A stretch of 64,000 bases of DNA from Flaccisagitta enflata (lineage: Eukaryota). Positions 28,020 to 41,872 of the stretch are shown in pieces. The position numbers were made by a program, and so were the translations under genes. Numbering within the stretch: the first letter of the stretch is position 1; every line of letters begins with the position of its first letter. The DNA is taken from the NCBI GenBank assembly GCA_965153355.1, contig OZ231126.1, forward strand, positions 8,928,001 to 8,992,000, written 5' to 3'. Under the pieces are notes generated by a model. It saw only the letters and a program-made list of their open reading frames with translations, made no database searches and was not told the origin of the DNA.

Positions 28020-28869
28020 CACACACACAGACACACGCATACACACACACACAAACGCATACAGTGCGGCTCATAAAAAAGTTTCCAGCAGTTTAGAAGC
28101 TAGTTATTTCAATTGTAGTCACTTTAAATAATTAAAATCCATGAGATTTTTAAGCTTTTTCAAAAACTCTACAAATCTAGACCAACCCCATTTATGTGAC
28201 TCAAATTGTTAAAAAACTATAAAGGTACAAAGATGATAAGCAATTTACTTATGCTTTGAAGCAAACAGCCTTTGACAGAACACAAGGTTGATCTTGTTTT
28301 CTTACATATATTGAAAACGATCTATGATTCATACATCATATCCATGACCATTTTAAAAAGTTTCAAAAACTCTACAAATCTAGACCAAGCAGAAGTTTGT
28401 GGCTTGATTCGTTTTGAAATGACATAAGTTTAAAGTTAACTAGTTATGTTTTCTATAAAGAAAAATACCACAATTTTTTGCTCCTTTTTCCTTAGGCAAT
28501 TTTAATATGTACCACTTCAAATCAATGTCACGCCTAAATGAAAAGAGTTTGAAATCTGGGATTAGACTCAAATTGAAGAAAATAAAAAATCCTTCAATAA
28601 TCTCACTGATAAATTGCTTTTATCATTTACAAAACCTTCAAAATGTTAATGACAAAACTGGAAACTTTTTTATGAGCGTCACTGTAAACACATTATATCA
28701 TCAAAAAGGTGAGAAAAAATTAGAAAAATGATTTGATGAATGAATGATAGAATAATATAGAAGTTAAAACATCTTAGAAAACAAAGTCGGGTCTGAAGGC
28801 AAAACCGAATTTCGGGTTTGGCCTCAAAACCGAGTCTCGGCCTTATCACGGCCAAACCCGCAAGCCCTA
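27126..28869. mobile_element. hAT-like element splitting the 35-bp minisatellite
   Basis: 8-bp TSD ACTATCAC at 27118-27125 and 28870-28877, imperfect TIR TAAGGCCTTGCG/CGCAAGCCCTA. Carries a nested HINE-like element and a MITE. Confidence 0.7.
28062..28684. mobile_element. Tc1/mariner-like MITE
   Basis: TIR CAGTGCGGCTCATAAAAAAGTTTCCAG / CTGGAAACTTTTTTATGAGCGTCACTG with TA on both flanks. Confidence 0.85.
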
Positions 28870-30629
28870 ACTATCACCACCATTCATCCTGAGCCATAAT
28901 TGAGACTTGCCTTGTTGTTCATTGGGAGCCTTGCTTGTGACTCTCAAGGTTGAGACTATCACTGCCATTCTTTCAAAGCCTAGGTTGAGAATTGAGACTA
29001 TCACTGCCATTCATCTAGAGCCCTGGTTGAGACTATCACTGCCATTCATTTAAAGCCCTACTTGAGCCTATCACTGCCATTCATTCAGGGCCCTGGTTGT
29101 GACTCTCATTATTGTTAAATGTTAATCTAGAGTCCTTGTTGAGACTTAGTGTCATTCATCCAAAGCCCAGGTTGATACTCATAAGCCCAGGATGAGATTC
29201 TCACTGGCATTCATCCACAGCCCTGGTTGACACTCAGGAGCCAAGGATGAGATTCTCACCAGCATTTATCCAGAGCCTTGGTTGACACTCTCATTGAGTT
29301 TCTGTTGTAATACTCAAAAGCCTAACCTAGTCCTTCTATCAAGGGCTGTTCTTGATAACACATCCAACCTTTAACCTGGCTAATTGTCATGCCATCTAGC
29401 ATTTACCTGTATTTTTTGTTGCGGACACGCAACTATAAAAGAGGCTTTGTCCGTCCGTCCGTCCGTCCGTCCGACAGTTATAATCAAGTCGAAAAGTGGG
29501 AAAACAAACGTTTTGGATACTTTTTGTGTATGTCTGTGTGTGGACGCGGGGATTGGGGTTTGGATAGGGGTTGGACGCCCCTGCCCACCCGTCTGCAACG
29601 ATATTGTGACCCCGCGTCACTTGTTTCTTTCTTTCTTTCTTTCGTTCGTGATTTCTTTCTTGATTTCTGTCGCTCTCCTTCATACAATGCCGTTCTTCAC
29701 ATTTTCCTCTCTTTCTTTCTGATTTTTGCTCTATCTTTCTCTCATTTTCCTTTCTTAGCTTCTTACTTCGCATCTACTCATTCTTCCATTCTACTTATTT
29801 TTTCTCGTTCTTTCTTCTTTTCAGTTGTGGACACGTAACTCTATGAAAGGTTTTGTCTGTCCGTCCGTCCGTTGTGTTGTTGGTCCATCAGCATGAGCCA
29901 AAAAGTGGGAAAATGAGCGTTTTTTATTACTTTTTGCAAATGTTTGAGTGTGTATTGGCGGTCAGGGTGTAGATAGGGGTTGGATGCCCCTGCCCACCCG
30001 TCCGCAACGACATTGTGACCCCGCGTCACTTGTTTCTTTGTTCTTTTGTTCTTTCGTACATTCTTCCCTCCTTTCTTTCGTTCTTTCCTTTCTCCGCTTC
30101 TTCTTTCATTCTTTCTCTCTTCATTCCTTTCCTTTTTTTCTCAATTTCCTCTACTTTATTCATGCAGTTTATTCACACTGAAACTCCTTTTCTCTTCATT
30201 TCTTGTCCCGATGTGACTTCTGGAGTGATCGTTCCTTGTTTTCTGGGTTATCGAATCCAAAATTGAGAAGATAGTCCATATAAGGTCATATCAGGTGAAA
30301 TGCATTTTGAAGGAATGAATCGTTGGTTCACATCACACCTATAGAAAAGAAAAAATAGGTCCCTGTAGTACAGCGGTTCTATTCCGTGTTCTCTCTGTCT
30401 CTTTCTCTATGACTGTCTCTGTCTCCTTCACTTTATCTCTGTCTTTTTCTGTCTCTCGCTTTCTCTCTGTTTCTCCCTGTTTCTCTCTGTTTCTCTGTTT
30501 CTCTTTCTCTCCCTCTTTCTCTATGTCTCTTTCTCTCTCTCTCTGTCTCTTTCTCTTTCTCTTTCTCTGTCTCTGTCTCTGTCTGTCTGTCTGTCTGTCT
30601 CTCTGTCTGTCTCTCTGTCTGTCTGTCTG

Positions 30630-30683
<54 letters not shown>

Positions 30684-30765
30684 CTTCTCATGAATATGTC
30701 ATCAACTCGCGTGACTTATTCCAAAAATGGTGGAAAAACTGCAAAGAAACCGGAAGGAAGGCGAT

Positions 30766-30923
<158 letters not shown>

Positions 30924-32780
30924 AAGAGAGAGAGAGAGAACAGACGACAATTCGACAAGCACTGAGTAGATCATGTGGGCTGAATACAACAGTGGTGACA
31001 TCAAGCGGAATATTTTAGACCAATTTACGGGCATTTTTGTCCTCCTTCCTTTGGCACTTGTTTGCTTTATTCCTATTTGTTCTTCTTGGCGAGTTGCGTT
31101 TCCGTTCCTGAGCATGTTTACAATAAGTTTGTCCCTCAATTTTTCCTTATGAAAGTTATACCTCCCTGTAGATTCCAGTTTTCCAATTCCTTTGCCTGTG
31201 TCTGTCTCTCCATCTTGTCTTATCTGTCTCATGTGACACTTATTGTCTGTCCATCAGGTTTTTTATCGGTCTGCTGAAGTGAGTTCAGGTGACGATTGCA
31301 TAGAAACACAAAATCCAAGTAGAACAGAAATTTTCCGTTTCCTTACCTTTCTATCTTATCGAATTAGTAGGAAAATTCTGCCTAAACAAAAAGAATTTTT
31401 ATTTATCTGGTTATCCCATAATTTGATATCATTTTTAGTCGCGTGCACGCGACTCTACAACCTGCTTTGTCCGTCGGTCGGTCGGTCACACTTTACTTTT
31501 TTTATGATTTTATTTCTTTGACATCACTGCTCCTGCCCAATGTCTGGTGACCTCAAACATGGCCCCTGTCCACCCGCACGCGACTTCGGTAGCCGTGTAT
31601 CCGGCCTTGTTTGGGCATAAAATCACGCAGCGTTTGTCCTTCGACTTTGTTTTCCTCGATTAAGTCTCAATTTTGGAGGATTTTCCACTAAAATGAGTTC
31701 TTGGTCAGGAGAAAATCTCAACTATCAGGTGTGAACCGGGGGTGGAGGGCGTTGGGAAAGGGGGGGGAGAGGAAAGTACCTTGCTTTCGAAGATGGAATT
31801 CTTAACTATCAGTTGCGCACTATCGCGGGTGTGGGGGGGGGGGTTAAAATGGCTTAGTTTTGAAGAAAAGCTGCTCCTTCATCCTTTTTGGGCAGCGGCC
31901 CCAAAGGGCCGATGTCCTGTAGGACACAGGGGTGAATTTCCTTATATCCATCCGTAAGTCCGTCCGTCCATACATCCCCCCCCCAAGCTTCTCAATTCTT
32001 AAATCTCCGTTGAATAACATGGGAAAATGATAAATTGCAAACTTCCCATTGAATAAATGGAAAATTTACAAACAATAGAAAAATGCACATTTTCCATCGA
32101 ATAACATGGAAAATTAACAAAAAATGAAAAAAAAATGCAAAATGGCAATTGGATAACATGGATAATTGACAAAAAAATGAAATTCTCATCGAATAATATG
32201 GAAATTTGACAATAAATTGTATAAAATACATAACTCCCATTGAATACCATGAAAAATTGCCCCAAAGGCCTGAAATATGCCTTCTCAGGACGTAAGGAAA
32301 TTCACCCCTGTGTCCTACAGGACATCGGCCCTTTAGAGCCGCTGCCCTGCTCTCACTCTACCTCTTCAGCTGATCACTCCAAGCAGGACATCGGGTACCG
32401 CTGACCATGTGCAATCCTTGGATGACTTGTTCTTCACAACTCCCCTCCTTCATGTTTTCAACCTCACTACACCCCCCCCTCCTTCCCCTCCAAACCCCTG
32501 CCCACCAAAACCCCTCTCCCTTCATCCCTTCATCTTCACTTCTCGCTACCCCTTCTCACAACTCCCACCCCCTCTTTACACCCCCATTCTTCTCGCTAGC
32601 ACTCCCCACCACTTCCACCCTCTTCCTTCTAAATGCCGGAGAGACGGAGATAAATTGGTTGCATAAGAGCCACTCTCTTTTACCCCCATCCCCCCTACTC
32701 TACACTCCCTCCCGCTTCTTTACACCCTCCCCTCACTACACCCCCTTCTCTACACCCCCTCCTCCCCTTCCTTCCTCCAG

Positions 32781-33218
32781 GCGTCGTGACGACGTCGTTC
32801 TCGGCTTCACTTCCGGTGGGCAGTCGGCCGATCAAAGCTCCTCCTCCTCCTCCTCCCAAATTCGGGACTCCCGATGACGTCACCGTCGTCAAGATTTTCG
32901 ACGAGCGGCGCTACAAACTGGAAAAGGCCAAACAAAAGCACAACGACTCCTTCGACAGCCAGGAAGAGGAAGAGGACGAAGAAGAGGAAGAGGACGAGGA
33001 GGAGGAAGAGAGGAGTTTATCCTCCAAAGGGGCGAATCATCCTATGATCCCCGGTCAAAACCCGGCTAAACACGGCAATGTTGGGATCATCAACAATCCC
33101 GCCAACGCCAACAACGTCAACAACAACAATAACAACAACATTAACAACAATAACAACGCTCAAGTCGCGGTTTCTGCCAGCGGCAAAGCCAACGGATCTA
33201 TTTACAGACCCAATCAAG
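32781..33218 (+). CDS. Exon E of the + strand gene (polyPro, acidic tract, Asn-rich); downstream exons not found
   Basis: Strong acceptor ccttccttcctccag| and donor caag|gtcagt. Frame of ORF 32786..33709. Phase-1 entry fits exon D. Confidence 0.8.
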
Positions 33219-34362
33219 GTCAGTCTTTTGGATTCTGCGATTCTGAAAACACGATTTTGTGTCTCATGGTTGTTTTATCACGATTTAGCTCTCGTTTTGC
33301 ATCTTCTTTTAGTACGTTTCTTTTTTTTTTTCTTCATTTTTTCCCTCTTGCTATTCTTCTACAACTTATTCTTCTTCTTCTTCTTCTTCTCCCTCTTCTT
33401 CTTCTTCTTCTTCTTCTTCTTCTTCTTCTTCTTCTTCTTCTTCTTCTTCTTCTTCTTCTTCTTCTTCTTCTTCTTCTCATTCTCTTTTTTCCTTCTTTTT
33501 CTTCACCCTTCTTCATTAGTTGCGGACACGCAACTCTGTATGAGGCTTTGTCCGTCCGTCCGTCCGTCCGTCCGTCCGTCCGTCCGTCCGTCCTTCCGTC
33601 CGTCCGTCCTTCCGTCCGTCCGTCCGTCCGTCCGTCCGTCCGTCCGTCCGTCCGTCCGTTACCCACAAGTCCAAAATTGGAATACTGGCTCCTTAAACCC
33701 ACAACCTAGCTATAGACACCCAGATCCTGACCTTTGGGACCTAGATTGGAACCTCCAAGACTAAGGTTCTGGCCTTAAAGCTTAAAGACCTAAATCCTGG
33801 CCTCAGAGGCCCAAATCCTAGCCTCAGAGACTGAAATCCTTGCCTCTGAGACCAAGAAACTGGTCTCAGAGACTAAAATTTTGGTCTCAGAGACCCAGAT
33901 CCTGGCCTGCCCCTCCCTCAATATAACCCACAAACTATACTATAAGGGCAAGGATACCATTGTCCATGTACTGCCTTTTGTCATTTCTCTATGGTATTCA
34001 ATGAAAATTTGAATCACAGGGCATCCTGGACAGAAGGAAGGCAGACAGAAGGACGTATGGACAGATGGAAGGACGGACAGATTCCCCCTGTGTTCTACAG
34101 GACTTCGGGGCTGCTGCCCTGCTCCCTCTCAACCTAAATCACTTTCTACTCAAGCAGGGCACGGGTACCGCTAACCACTTACTGCCTTTGGGCTGCTATT
34201 GGTTTGTGTGTTGATGGTGGGGGCATGGGGTGTGGATTAAGATCGGATGCCCCTGCCCACCCGTCCGCAACGATATTGTGACCCCGCGTCACTTGTTTTT
34301 CTTCCTCCTTACCTTTTCCCTCCTCTTATCCCACATTACTTCTTCTTCACCATTACTCTCCT

Positions 34363-34862
34363 TTTTGGGCAGCGGCCCCGAGGGGGTCGATGACCCATGG
34401 TTTCACACATATAGGGAGTTTTCTCCTTCTTTTCTCCTCCTTCTTCTCCTTCGTACCCCCCTTCCCCCAGCCTCCAGGCCCATATCTCAGCCTGGAGGCC
34501 CATATCCCAGCCTCCAGCCCCAAATCCCAGTCTTGAGGCCCAAATCCCACCCTCAAGGCCCAAATCCCAACCGGAAGGCCCAGATTCCACTCTCTAGGGA
34601 TTTGGCCCTGAAGACTGAAATTTGGGCTTGGAGGCAGGGATATGGGCCTCCAGGCTGAGATATGGGCCTGGAGGCTGGGGGAGGGGAATGCGGAGGAGAA
34701 GAAGGAGGAGACGGAGAAAACCTCCCATATGTGTGAGAGCATAGGTCATCGACCCCTTCGGGGCCGCTGCCCTGCTCCCCCCTAGGGGCCTCCCAACTTC
34801 GACCACAACCTACTTAAGCAGGGCACGGGCACCGCTGACCATCTAACGCTTTCGTGACTATT
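34363..34862 (+). mobile_element. HINE-like family B element (TTGGGCAGCGGCCCC type)
   Basis: 5' TTGGGCAGCGGCCCC with an internal inverted copy GGGGCCGCTGCCC, 21-bp ggcccaaatccca repeats, and a conserved tail accgctgaccat...gactatt. Copies at about 1-35, 8655-9202, 12610-13130, 31887-32430, 33720-34200, 61730-62255 (-) and 63080-63780. Confidence 0.75.
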
Positions 34863-35383
34863 TCCCAATGTTTTCCTCGTGAGATGAAAATGGAGTAGAT
34901 AAAAGTTCAGTATAGTCGCGATATATCGTATAAATAGTCTATATAATGCGTTGTTGCCAAGGCCGATAAATTTGTACGCCGTTTTTATTAGTTTTCTATT
35001 CTGAATTCTTAGTGAGAACATTAAAAGAGCTTCATTTGAATCTAATTTCCTTTTACGAGAATTAAACATGCGGAAATCTAGATCCTACACCAAGTTGTCA
35101 TTACTATAATTTGTGTATATAAACTCCACCGCCACCGGCTACCCGAATGATCTCATATTAGATCCTTTTAAACCAAGGCATCTGTGATAAACATGGATCA
35201 TATCGGAAAATAATAATTACAGCCTTTCAAATAGCAAACTCGTGGCTCAATTCACAGCTTTAAGGTGCACAAAACCTTTCATGGGGTTTCGGCTTCTTCG
35301 GGGCAACTACTGCCCCTCTCACCAGAACATCTCCACAGATTGACGCTGACCATTGGACGCCTTTGCGACTTTTGGGTCTCGAC

Positions 35384-35586
35384 CTACTATCTTCGCCGAA
35401 AGAAACGCAGCAGTTTTGAAAATAGCATCAACTCTGGAAGAGTATTGCTCCTAAACGAGTAAAGCTACAGACCCCAGATTGGTCCCATTTTAAAGCCATC
35501 CTTTAAATCTTTAAAATGGGAGCAGTGCTCTTCCAAAGTTGATGCTATTTCTATAACTGCTGCATTTCTTTTGGCGAAGATAGTAC
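35384..35586. mobile_element. Palindromic MITE
   Basis: Inverted arms tactatcttcgcc...gcagcagtt...aatagcatcaact and agttgatgctatt...aactgctgc...ggcgaagatagta. Confidence 0.7.
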
Positions 35587-35802
35587 TGTGTCCGTTGGCC
35601 TCCTTTTCAGCATTTCTTTGCTTCCCGGCTTCACGCCGTCCACTGCCCATGCTGCAGTGATTTTTTTCATCATTGCCCCTTCCCACAGTGCCCCGGATCC
35701 CACCACCATGAAAAATAAGTACCCGTCACCCCCCTATCACCCCCTAATCACCACCAATTCACCCCCACCAATTCCCTCCCGCACGCAGCTCGTAACTGGG
35801 AT

Positions 35803-36230
35803 AGCCGTGTATCCAGCCGTGTATCCAGCCGTGTGTCCAGCCTAGTATCCAGCCGTGTGTCCGGCCGTGTGTCCAGCCGTGTGTCCGGCTGTGTGTCCGG
35901 CCGTGTGTCCGGCTGTGTATCCAGCCGTGTATCCGGCCGTGTGTCCAGCCGTGTGTCCGGCTGTGTATCCGGCCATGTGTCCGGCCGTGTGTCCGGCCGT
36001 GTGTCCGGCCGTGTGTCCGGCTGTGTATCCGGCCATGTGTCCGGCCGTGTGTCCGGCCGTGTGTCCGGCTGTGTATCCGGCCATGTGTCCGGCCGTGTGT
36101 CCGGCCGTGTGTCCGGCTGTGTATCCAGCCGTGTGTCCGGCCGTGTGTCCAGCCGTGTGTCCGGCTGTGTATCCGGCCATGTGTCCGGCCGTGTGTCCGG
36201 CCATGTGTCCGGCCGTGTGTCCGGCCGTGT
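35803..36230. repeat. 12-bp minisatellite (GCCGTGTRTCCR)n
   Basis: Direct reading. The unit equals the 3' terminal motif of family A elements. Confidence 0.95.
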
Positions 36231-36347
36231 GTTTGTTACCCTTGGTTATTAAACTTATTTTTTGCCGCTGATTTCTCTCGTTATACCGCTAAGAAAATGT
36301 CCCTGTCTTTCCTCTCGGAAAAGAAGATGAAAACAAGTAATCCGAGG

Positions 36348-36536
<189 letters not shown>

Positions 36537-36623
36537 GCATACACACACACAAACACAAGCACACCAACACAAGCACACAAACACACACATACACACACAA
36601 ACAAACATAAACACAAACACACA

Positions 36624-36693
<70 letters not shown>

Positions 36694-36768
36694 GACGCAC
36701 ACACACACACACAAACACAAGCACACAAACACACACATACACATACACACACAAACAAACATAAACAT

Positions 36769-36840
<72 letters not shown>

Positions 36841-37731
36841 ACACACCCACACACACACACAGTGTGACCAACGCAGCATCCTAAAAGTACTTTCCAACTT
36901 GAGTGTGACGGGGGTACAGACGGACCAACGGATAGACGGACCAACGGATAGACGGACCAACGGATGGACGGTCAATGCCTCTTATCGAGTGCATAGTTCG
37001 CGGCTGAAAAGAGAAAGTGAACTAAAGAAGAAAGTACTGAAGCGAGCGGTGAAATAAGGAAGATGTGTTTTCCACATAAAGCAAGTGGAAGTTTATACGA
37101 GGTAATAGACGTAATGAGGAGGAGGAAGAGATGGCGATGGAAGAGGAAGAGGAGTAGGAGGAAGAGCAGGAGGAGGAAGAGAAAGGAGAGGAGGCAATAG
37201 ACGTAATGAATTGCGCACATCAACGGCTTCTCAAGGCTAAAACCAGACGCAATAAATGTCCCAATCAGCTTCTCGATCCCCAAACCAAACCCACATCACC
37301 AAGCTACCTACCACCCTCAGTCTCGAAAATGCACTTCCCCTCCGCTATACCCCCTCCCCCCCCCCCCCATAATCACTAAAATGATCCCTAGATCAACCCA
37401 CAACCCACTTCCCACCCTCACTCTATTCAATACCCTTAGCATTTAGCCCCCCCCCCCTCACATCCCTAAATCCTTACCCTCCTAAGTCCTAACCCTCCTC
37501 GCCCAACATCGCTGAATTGACCCCCAAATTAACCCTCAACCCAAATCACCCTCAATCTAGTCAACACCCGCAGCCTTTACACCCCCCCCCTTTTCCCCAT
37601 TCTTGAGTTTCTCCTTGACTGTCTCCGATGTTCGTGTTGTTTTGTTTTTATCACCTTAATAACTCACTTTCGTATCAAACTCGCGATCACTTTGTTACTG
37701 CACGCGACGACGATGAGAGTCGCAGAGTCGC

Positions 37732-37778
<47 letters not shown>

Positions 37779-38700
37779 TTGTTGTTGTTGTTGTTGTTGC
37801 TGTCGTTACACTATCTAGAGCATAAGTATGGAAACATGCATTTATAGCCGTAACTCTGCTTAAAATAATGAATTTATATAAAAATCAGTGAGATTTTAAA
37901 ACTACTTCAAATTTCTGACCTGATATCGAAAACCCCATTTGTCTAGCTCAAGCCGTTTAGAAATGACAAGCAAAACAAAACAGCTACCTCAATAGAATGA
38001 TAGCAAAATTATTACAAAGAGATTTCTACTTCAAGAGATAACACCAATTTGAAGATAGATTGTAGGTTTTTTTTTTCATCTAATTGCTGGTCCCATCTGC
38101 AATGCCATAGACTCATTGTATTTTATTGGCCAGGCCTCTAGATTTTGGAGCAGCGAGCAGCGCCGCTTCTCGGCAGGGAAAGGGAGATGTCGGCACATCC
38201 CAATGATAGAAGAAGAAGAAGAAGAAGAAGAAGAAGAAGAAGAAGAAGAAGAAGAAGAAGAAGAAGAAGAAGAAGAAGAAGAAGAAAAAGAAGAACGAAA
38301 AAGCACGAAAAGAAACAGAAGAAGAGGGAGAAGATTGAAATGGAGATGATGGTAATTGCGGTCACCATTGATATCATTTGCATATTGTAGTTTTACAATT
38401 ACTGCACTCGCATGACTTAGCTGATTTGGAAAACTGTGAGTTGGAATTAAAGATATAATAACAACTTTGTTCTTTATGTTGTGAACTGAAAAAAAGTAAA
38501 ATCTTAATCGCATGTAAAAATTATCAACATCATCATGTGTTTCATGATGCCACTCGCCAAAAAGTGGATATTGATGATACAAGAACTGAAAAAAAACAGC
38601 CATTGTGGAAATTGAAAAACCCAAATTTAAATGTAATTCCATTGTGGTGGAGATGAGAGCTGTCATTACTTTGGCAGGGATTTGTGGGCAGTGGCAAAGC

Positions 38701-40502
38701 CTCTGCTGCTAATTTGGCGATTTCGTCGCCATTTTTAGCGAATTTTGGGTCCTCCTAGCGACAAGAATTTATCATCTAGCTCCTAGCGAATTATCTAGCG
38801 ATTTTTTTCAAAACCCCTAGCTAATCTAGCTAATTCTAGCAAATTTCAGCGAATTTCAGCTAATTCTCTCCATTTTTGCTATATATTTATCCAATTTTAG
38901 GCTTCCTCCTATTTTGTATGGAAAAATTGCTGATTCCCGATAGAACAGCATTCACTTCTCCCGCTTGGCAACTCGAGACATTTCTTCTCTCAACTGTCAT
39001 GCTCTCTACTAAATCGAAAATGTAATACTGCTCGAGTCTCGAGGCTGCCGGCTGCATTGCCTGACTTCGGCTCATTAGAAAACAAGGCCGGATACACGGC
39101 TACCCCAGTCGCGTGCTGATGGGCAGGGGCCATATTTGAGATCACCAGAGCATTAGCGCAGGAGCAGTACAGTCAAAGAATAAATATCATAAAAAAAAAG
39201 GAAAGTTTGACCAACCAACTGACAGACAAAGCGGGGTGTAGAGTCGCGTAGCACGCGACTAAAAAAACTTTAGATGAAGCAAAGAAGGAAGAAAGAAGAA
39301 GAAATACTGACTTGTATCATAACCGTTGTATGTCCTCTTTGCTTGTATTTAGTGTGCGATGTTACGCGAACAAACTGTTTGCATTGCACCTTGCTCAAAG
39401 GTTCTATCTATCAGCTTAGAACGCTTTTCTCTTATCCATTTTTAGTTACGGACACGCAACTCTATAAGAGGCTTTGTCCGTCCATCGGTCTGTCCGGCCG
39501 TCGGTCTGCCCGTTAGTCCGTAATGAACGAGTCAGAAAGTGGGAAACGCGCATTTCCACCCCCGCCCAATCATCCGCAACTGGTGGCCGTGTATCCGGCC
39601 TTGTAAGTTGCAGACACGCATTAATAAGAGGCTTTGTCCGTCCGATAACCCGTTAGTCCATCGATCTGTTGGTAATGGCAAGTCGACCTCAGCTTGATAA
39701 CAATGAGGAGGATGATGACGATAAAATGACTAAAATTCTTCACGAGGTTGAGGATACTCTTGGCGAACCCGTTTTTATCATACCGTACTGACGGGAACCT
39801 AATAAGAGCGGAGGAGGGACCAAATTGTAACATGGTTCAATCAATTTTCTCATTTGCAGTGGCGGTTAACACCTTAGGTGGATACAATTGGCGCCACCAT
39901 GGCGATTTTTCAATTTCTGTCTTGAACCCCCCCCCCCCCCAACGGTTCACTTTTAGATCAAAATTTGAGAAAATTTTTTTTTCGCGATTTTTTCAGGCCT
40001 TGGGGGTGGTGGGGGGGGTTCAAGGTGGAAATTGAAAAATCGCCATGGTGACGCCAATTGTATCCACCTATATCGTTAACCGCCACTGCAAGTGTGGAAA
40101 TTGATTGAACCATGTGAGCTGTAAGGGGGGCATGTAACACTTTGGGTCCCTCTTCCGCTCTTATACTGTCCTGTCTGTAGTCTCGATCACTTCTATCAAA
40201 GACACAACACAGTGTCATATTACGCCTTTTTTTCTCACATTTTTGGTTAACTGGCAATGAAAGCTGTATGATTATTCAATATGAATATATTGAATCCTAT
40301 CCAATTGTATGAAGTAGCAGCAATTTTCTTGTTCAAGAGCATTTTACTCTTGTTTTATTGATCGTTTTCTTAATAATGGTTATCAGGTAAGCAAAGGAAA
40401 ATCTAGCGAATTTCTAGCTAATTTGGAAAAAAACCTAGCGAATTCTAGCGATTTTCTAGGGGCTAACTAGCGAATTTTGAAAAGCCCGAGTTAGCACCAT
40501 AG
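38701..40502. mobile_element. hAT-like element with CTAGCGA subterminal repeats, copy 1
   Basis: 8-bp TSD GGCAAAGC and imperfect TIR CTCTGCTGCTAA/TTAGCACCATAG. Contains nested HINE-like copies and a MITE. Confidence 0.8.
39802..40164. mobile_element. Foldback MITE nested in the 38701-40502 element
   Basis: Inverted arms of about 140 bp: taagagcgga...gtggcggttaac...ggtggatacaattggcg and its reverse complement. Confidence 0.75.
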
Positions 40503-40638
40503 GGCAAAGCCCATGCTGACTAACCAGCGGTATCTGCAATGAAACATAAACCCTATCCTTTATCCACTGACCCCGACCTTTAAGTTAAATCGGCAGCGTG
40601 CAGGGGAAAATTTTTGCTTGTTGGTAAAAAAGAATAAT

Positions 40639-41872
40639 CTCTGCTGAGAAACTGGCGATTTTGTCGCCATTTCTAGCGAATTTTGGGGCCTCCTAGCGGC
40701 AAGTTTTTGCCATCTAGCGACTAGCGAATTATCTAGCGATTTTCTTTGAGACACCTAGCGAATCTAGCTATTTCTAGCTAATTCTAGCGATTTTTTTGAA
40801 GAAATCTAGCTAATTTAGCTACTTCTAGCTAATTTTATCTATTTTCTAGAAAATAATTGCTTTCCTAGCTTACTATTTTCCATCTTTTTCTTTTTTTTTT
40901 TTAACTTCAATTGAAAATAAGCTACATGATATCTAGACTTGTTATGTTTTAACCTGATTGTTATCATTTTGATGTTTGCCTGCTCGTTTTTTCTATCTTT
41001 TATGAGGGTCTCAAGCTATTATGACATCAGCGGTTATAAAAGGCTGGATTTCTTCAGTAACATGTATGATACTCCATACATATGCCCCTTTCTTTGTTTT
41101 AGACTTCAGAGTAAACTACCGTATTTTCTCCATTTATCGCCCCCCCTCCAATTAACGCCCCCCCCCTCTTTGAGCTCTCCAGAACAGTAATTTGGAAGAA
41201 AGTGAAATAGCAAATAATTTTTAAAAGTAGAAAGATTTTGCATATTTCAGCGGGTTTTTTTCAAGGATTGAATAAAAAACAAGCAAGATACATTTTATCT
41301 TATCTTTATCTGATATTCTAAGTAGCATTTTTTGTGTTTTTGTGTTTTTGTGTTGCACATTTCATATAATTAGAGAGTTCTCACAGATCAAAAGGGGGAG
41401 TTAATTGGAGGGTAGAATGACAATATATTTTTTCAATTTCAAAAGCGCCCGGGGCGCTAATTAGAGAAAATACGGTAATTGTAAATTATGACATTTTTGT
41501 CAGTGTCCTTTAAAGAAACTCCATTTACCAATCGTTTCAAATCCCCATATGCATCTCTATGCCCCAAACCCCTTTTACTAAAAGGGGTTTGGGGCATAGA
41601 GATACATATGGGGTTTTAGTTTCAGTTCCCAGTACAAGTCTTTTTGAAATAAAGATTATACAGTGTAGCAGTGGTAACTAAAAAATATTTTCAAAAGTCT
41701 CATCTTCTCTTTGACTTATATTTAGACCAGAGTTAGTTGGTTTTTAATTATATTATCACGTATATACACATCTAGCGAATTTTCTAGCTATTCAAAGAAT
41801 TGATCTAGCGAATTCTAGCAATTTTTGGGGGCCTAAATAGCGAATTTTTAAAAGCCGGAGTTCCCACCATAG
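40639..41872. mobile_element. hAT-like element with CTAGCGA subterminal repeats, copy 2
   Basis: 8-bp TSD AGAATAAT and the same CTCTGCTG...CACCATAG termini and subterminal repeats as copy 1. Confidence 0.8.
41119..41475. mobile_element. pogo/mariner-like MITE
   Basis: TIR CCGTATTTTCTC / GAGAAAATACGG flanked by TA. Confidence 0.75.

Larger units (their letters stand above)
26687..29300. repeat. 35-bp minisatellite (CATTCATTCAGAGCCCTGGTCGAGAATATCACTGC) in two blocks, 26687-27125 and 28870-29300
   Basis: Direct reading. Interrupted by the 27126-28869 insertion, and the right block is more degenerate. Confidence 0.9.
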
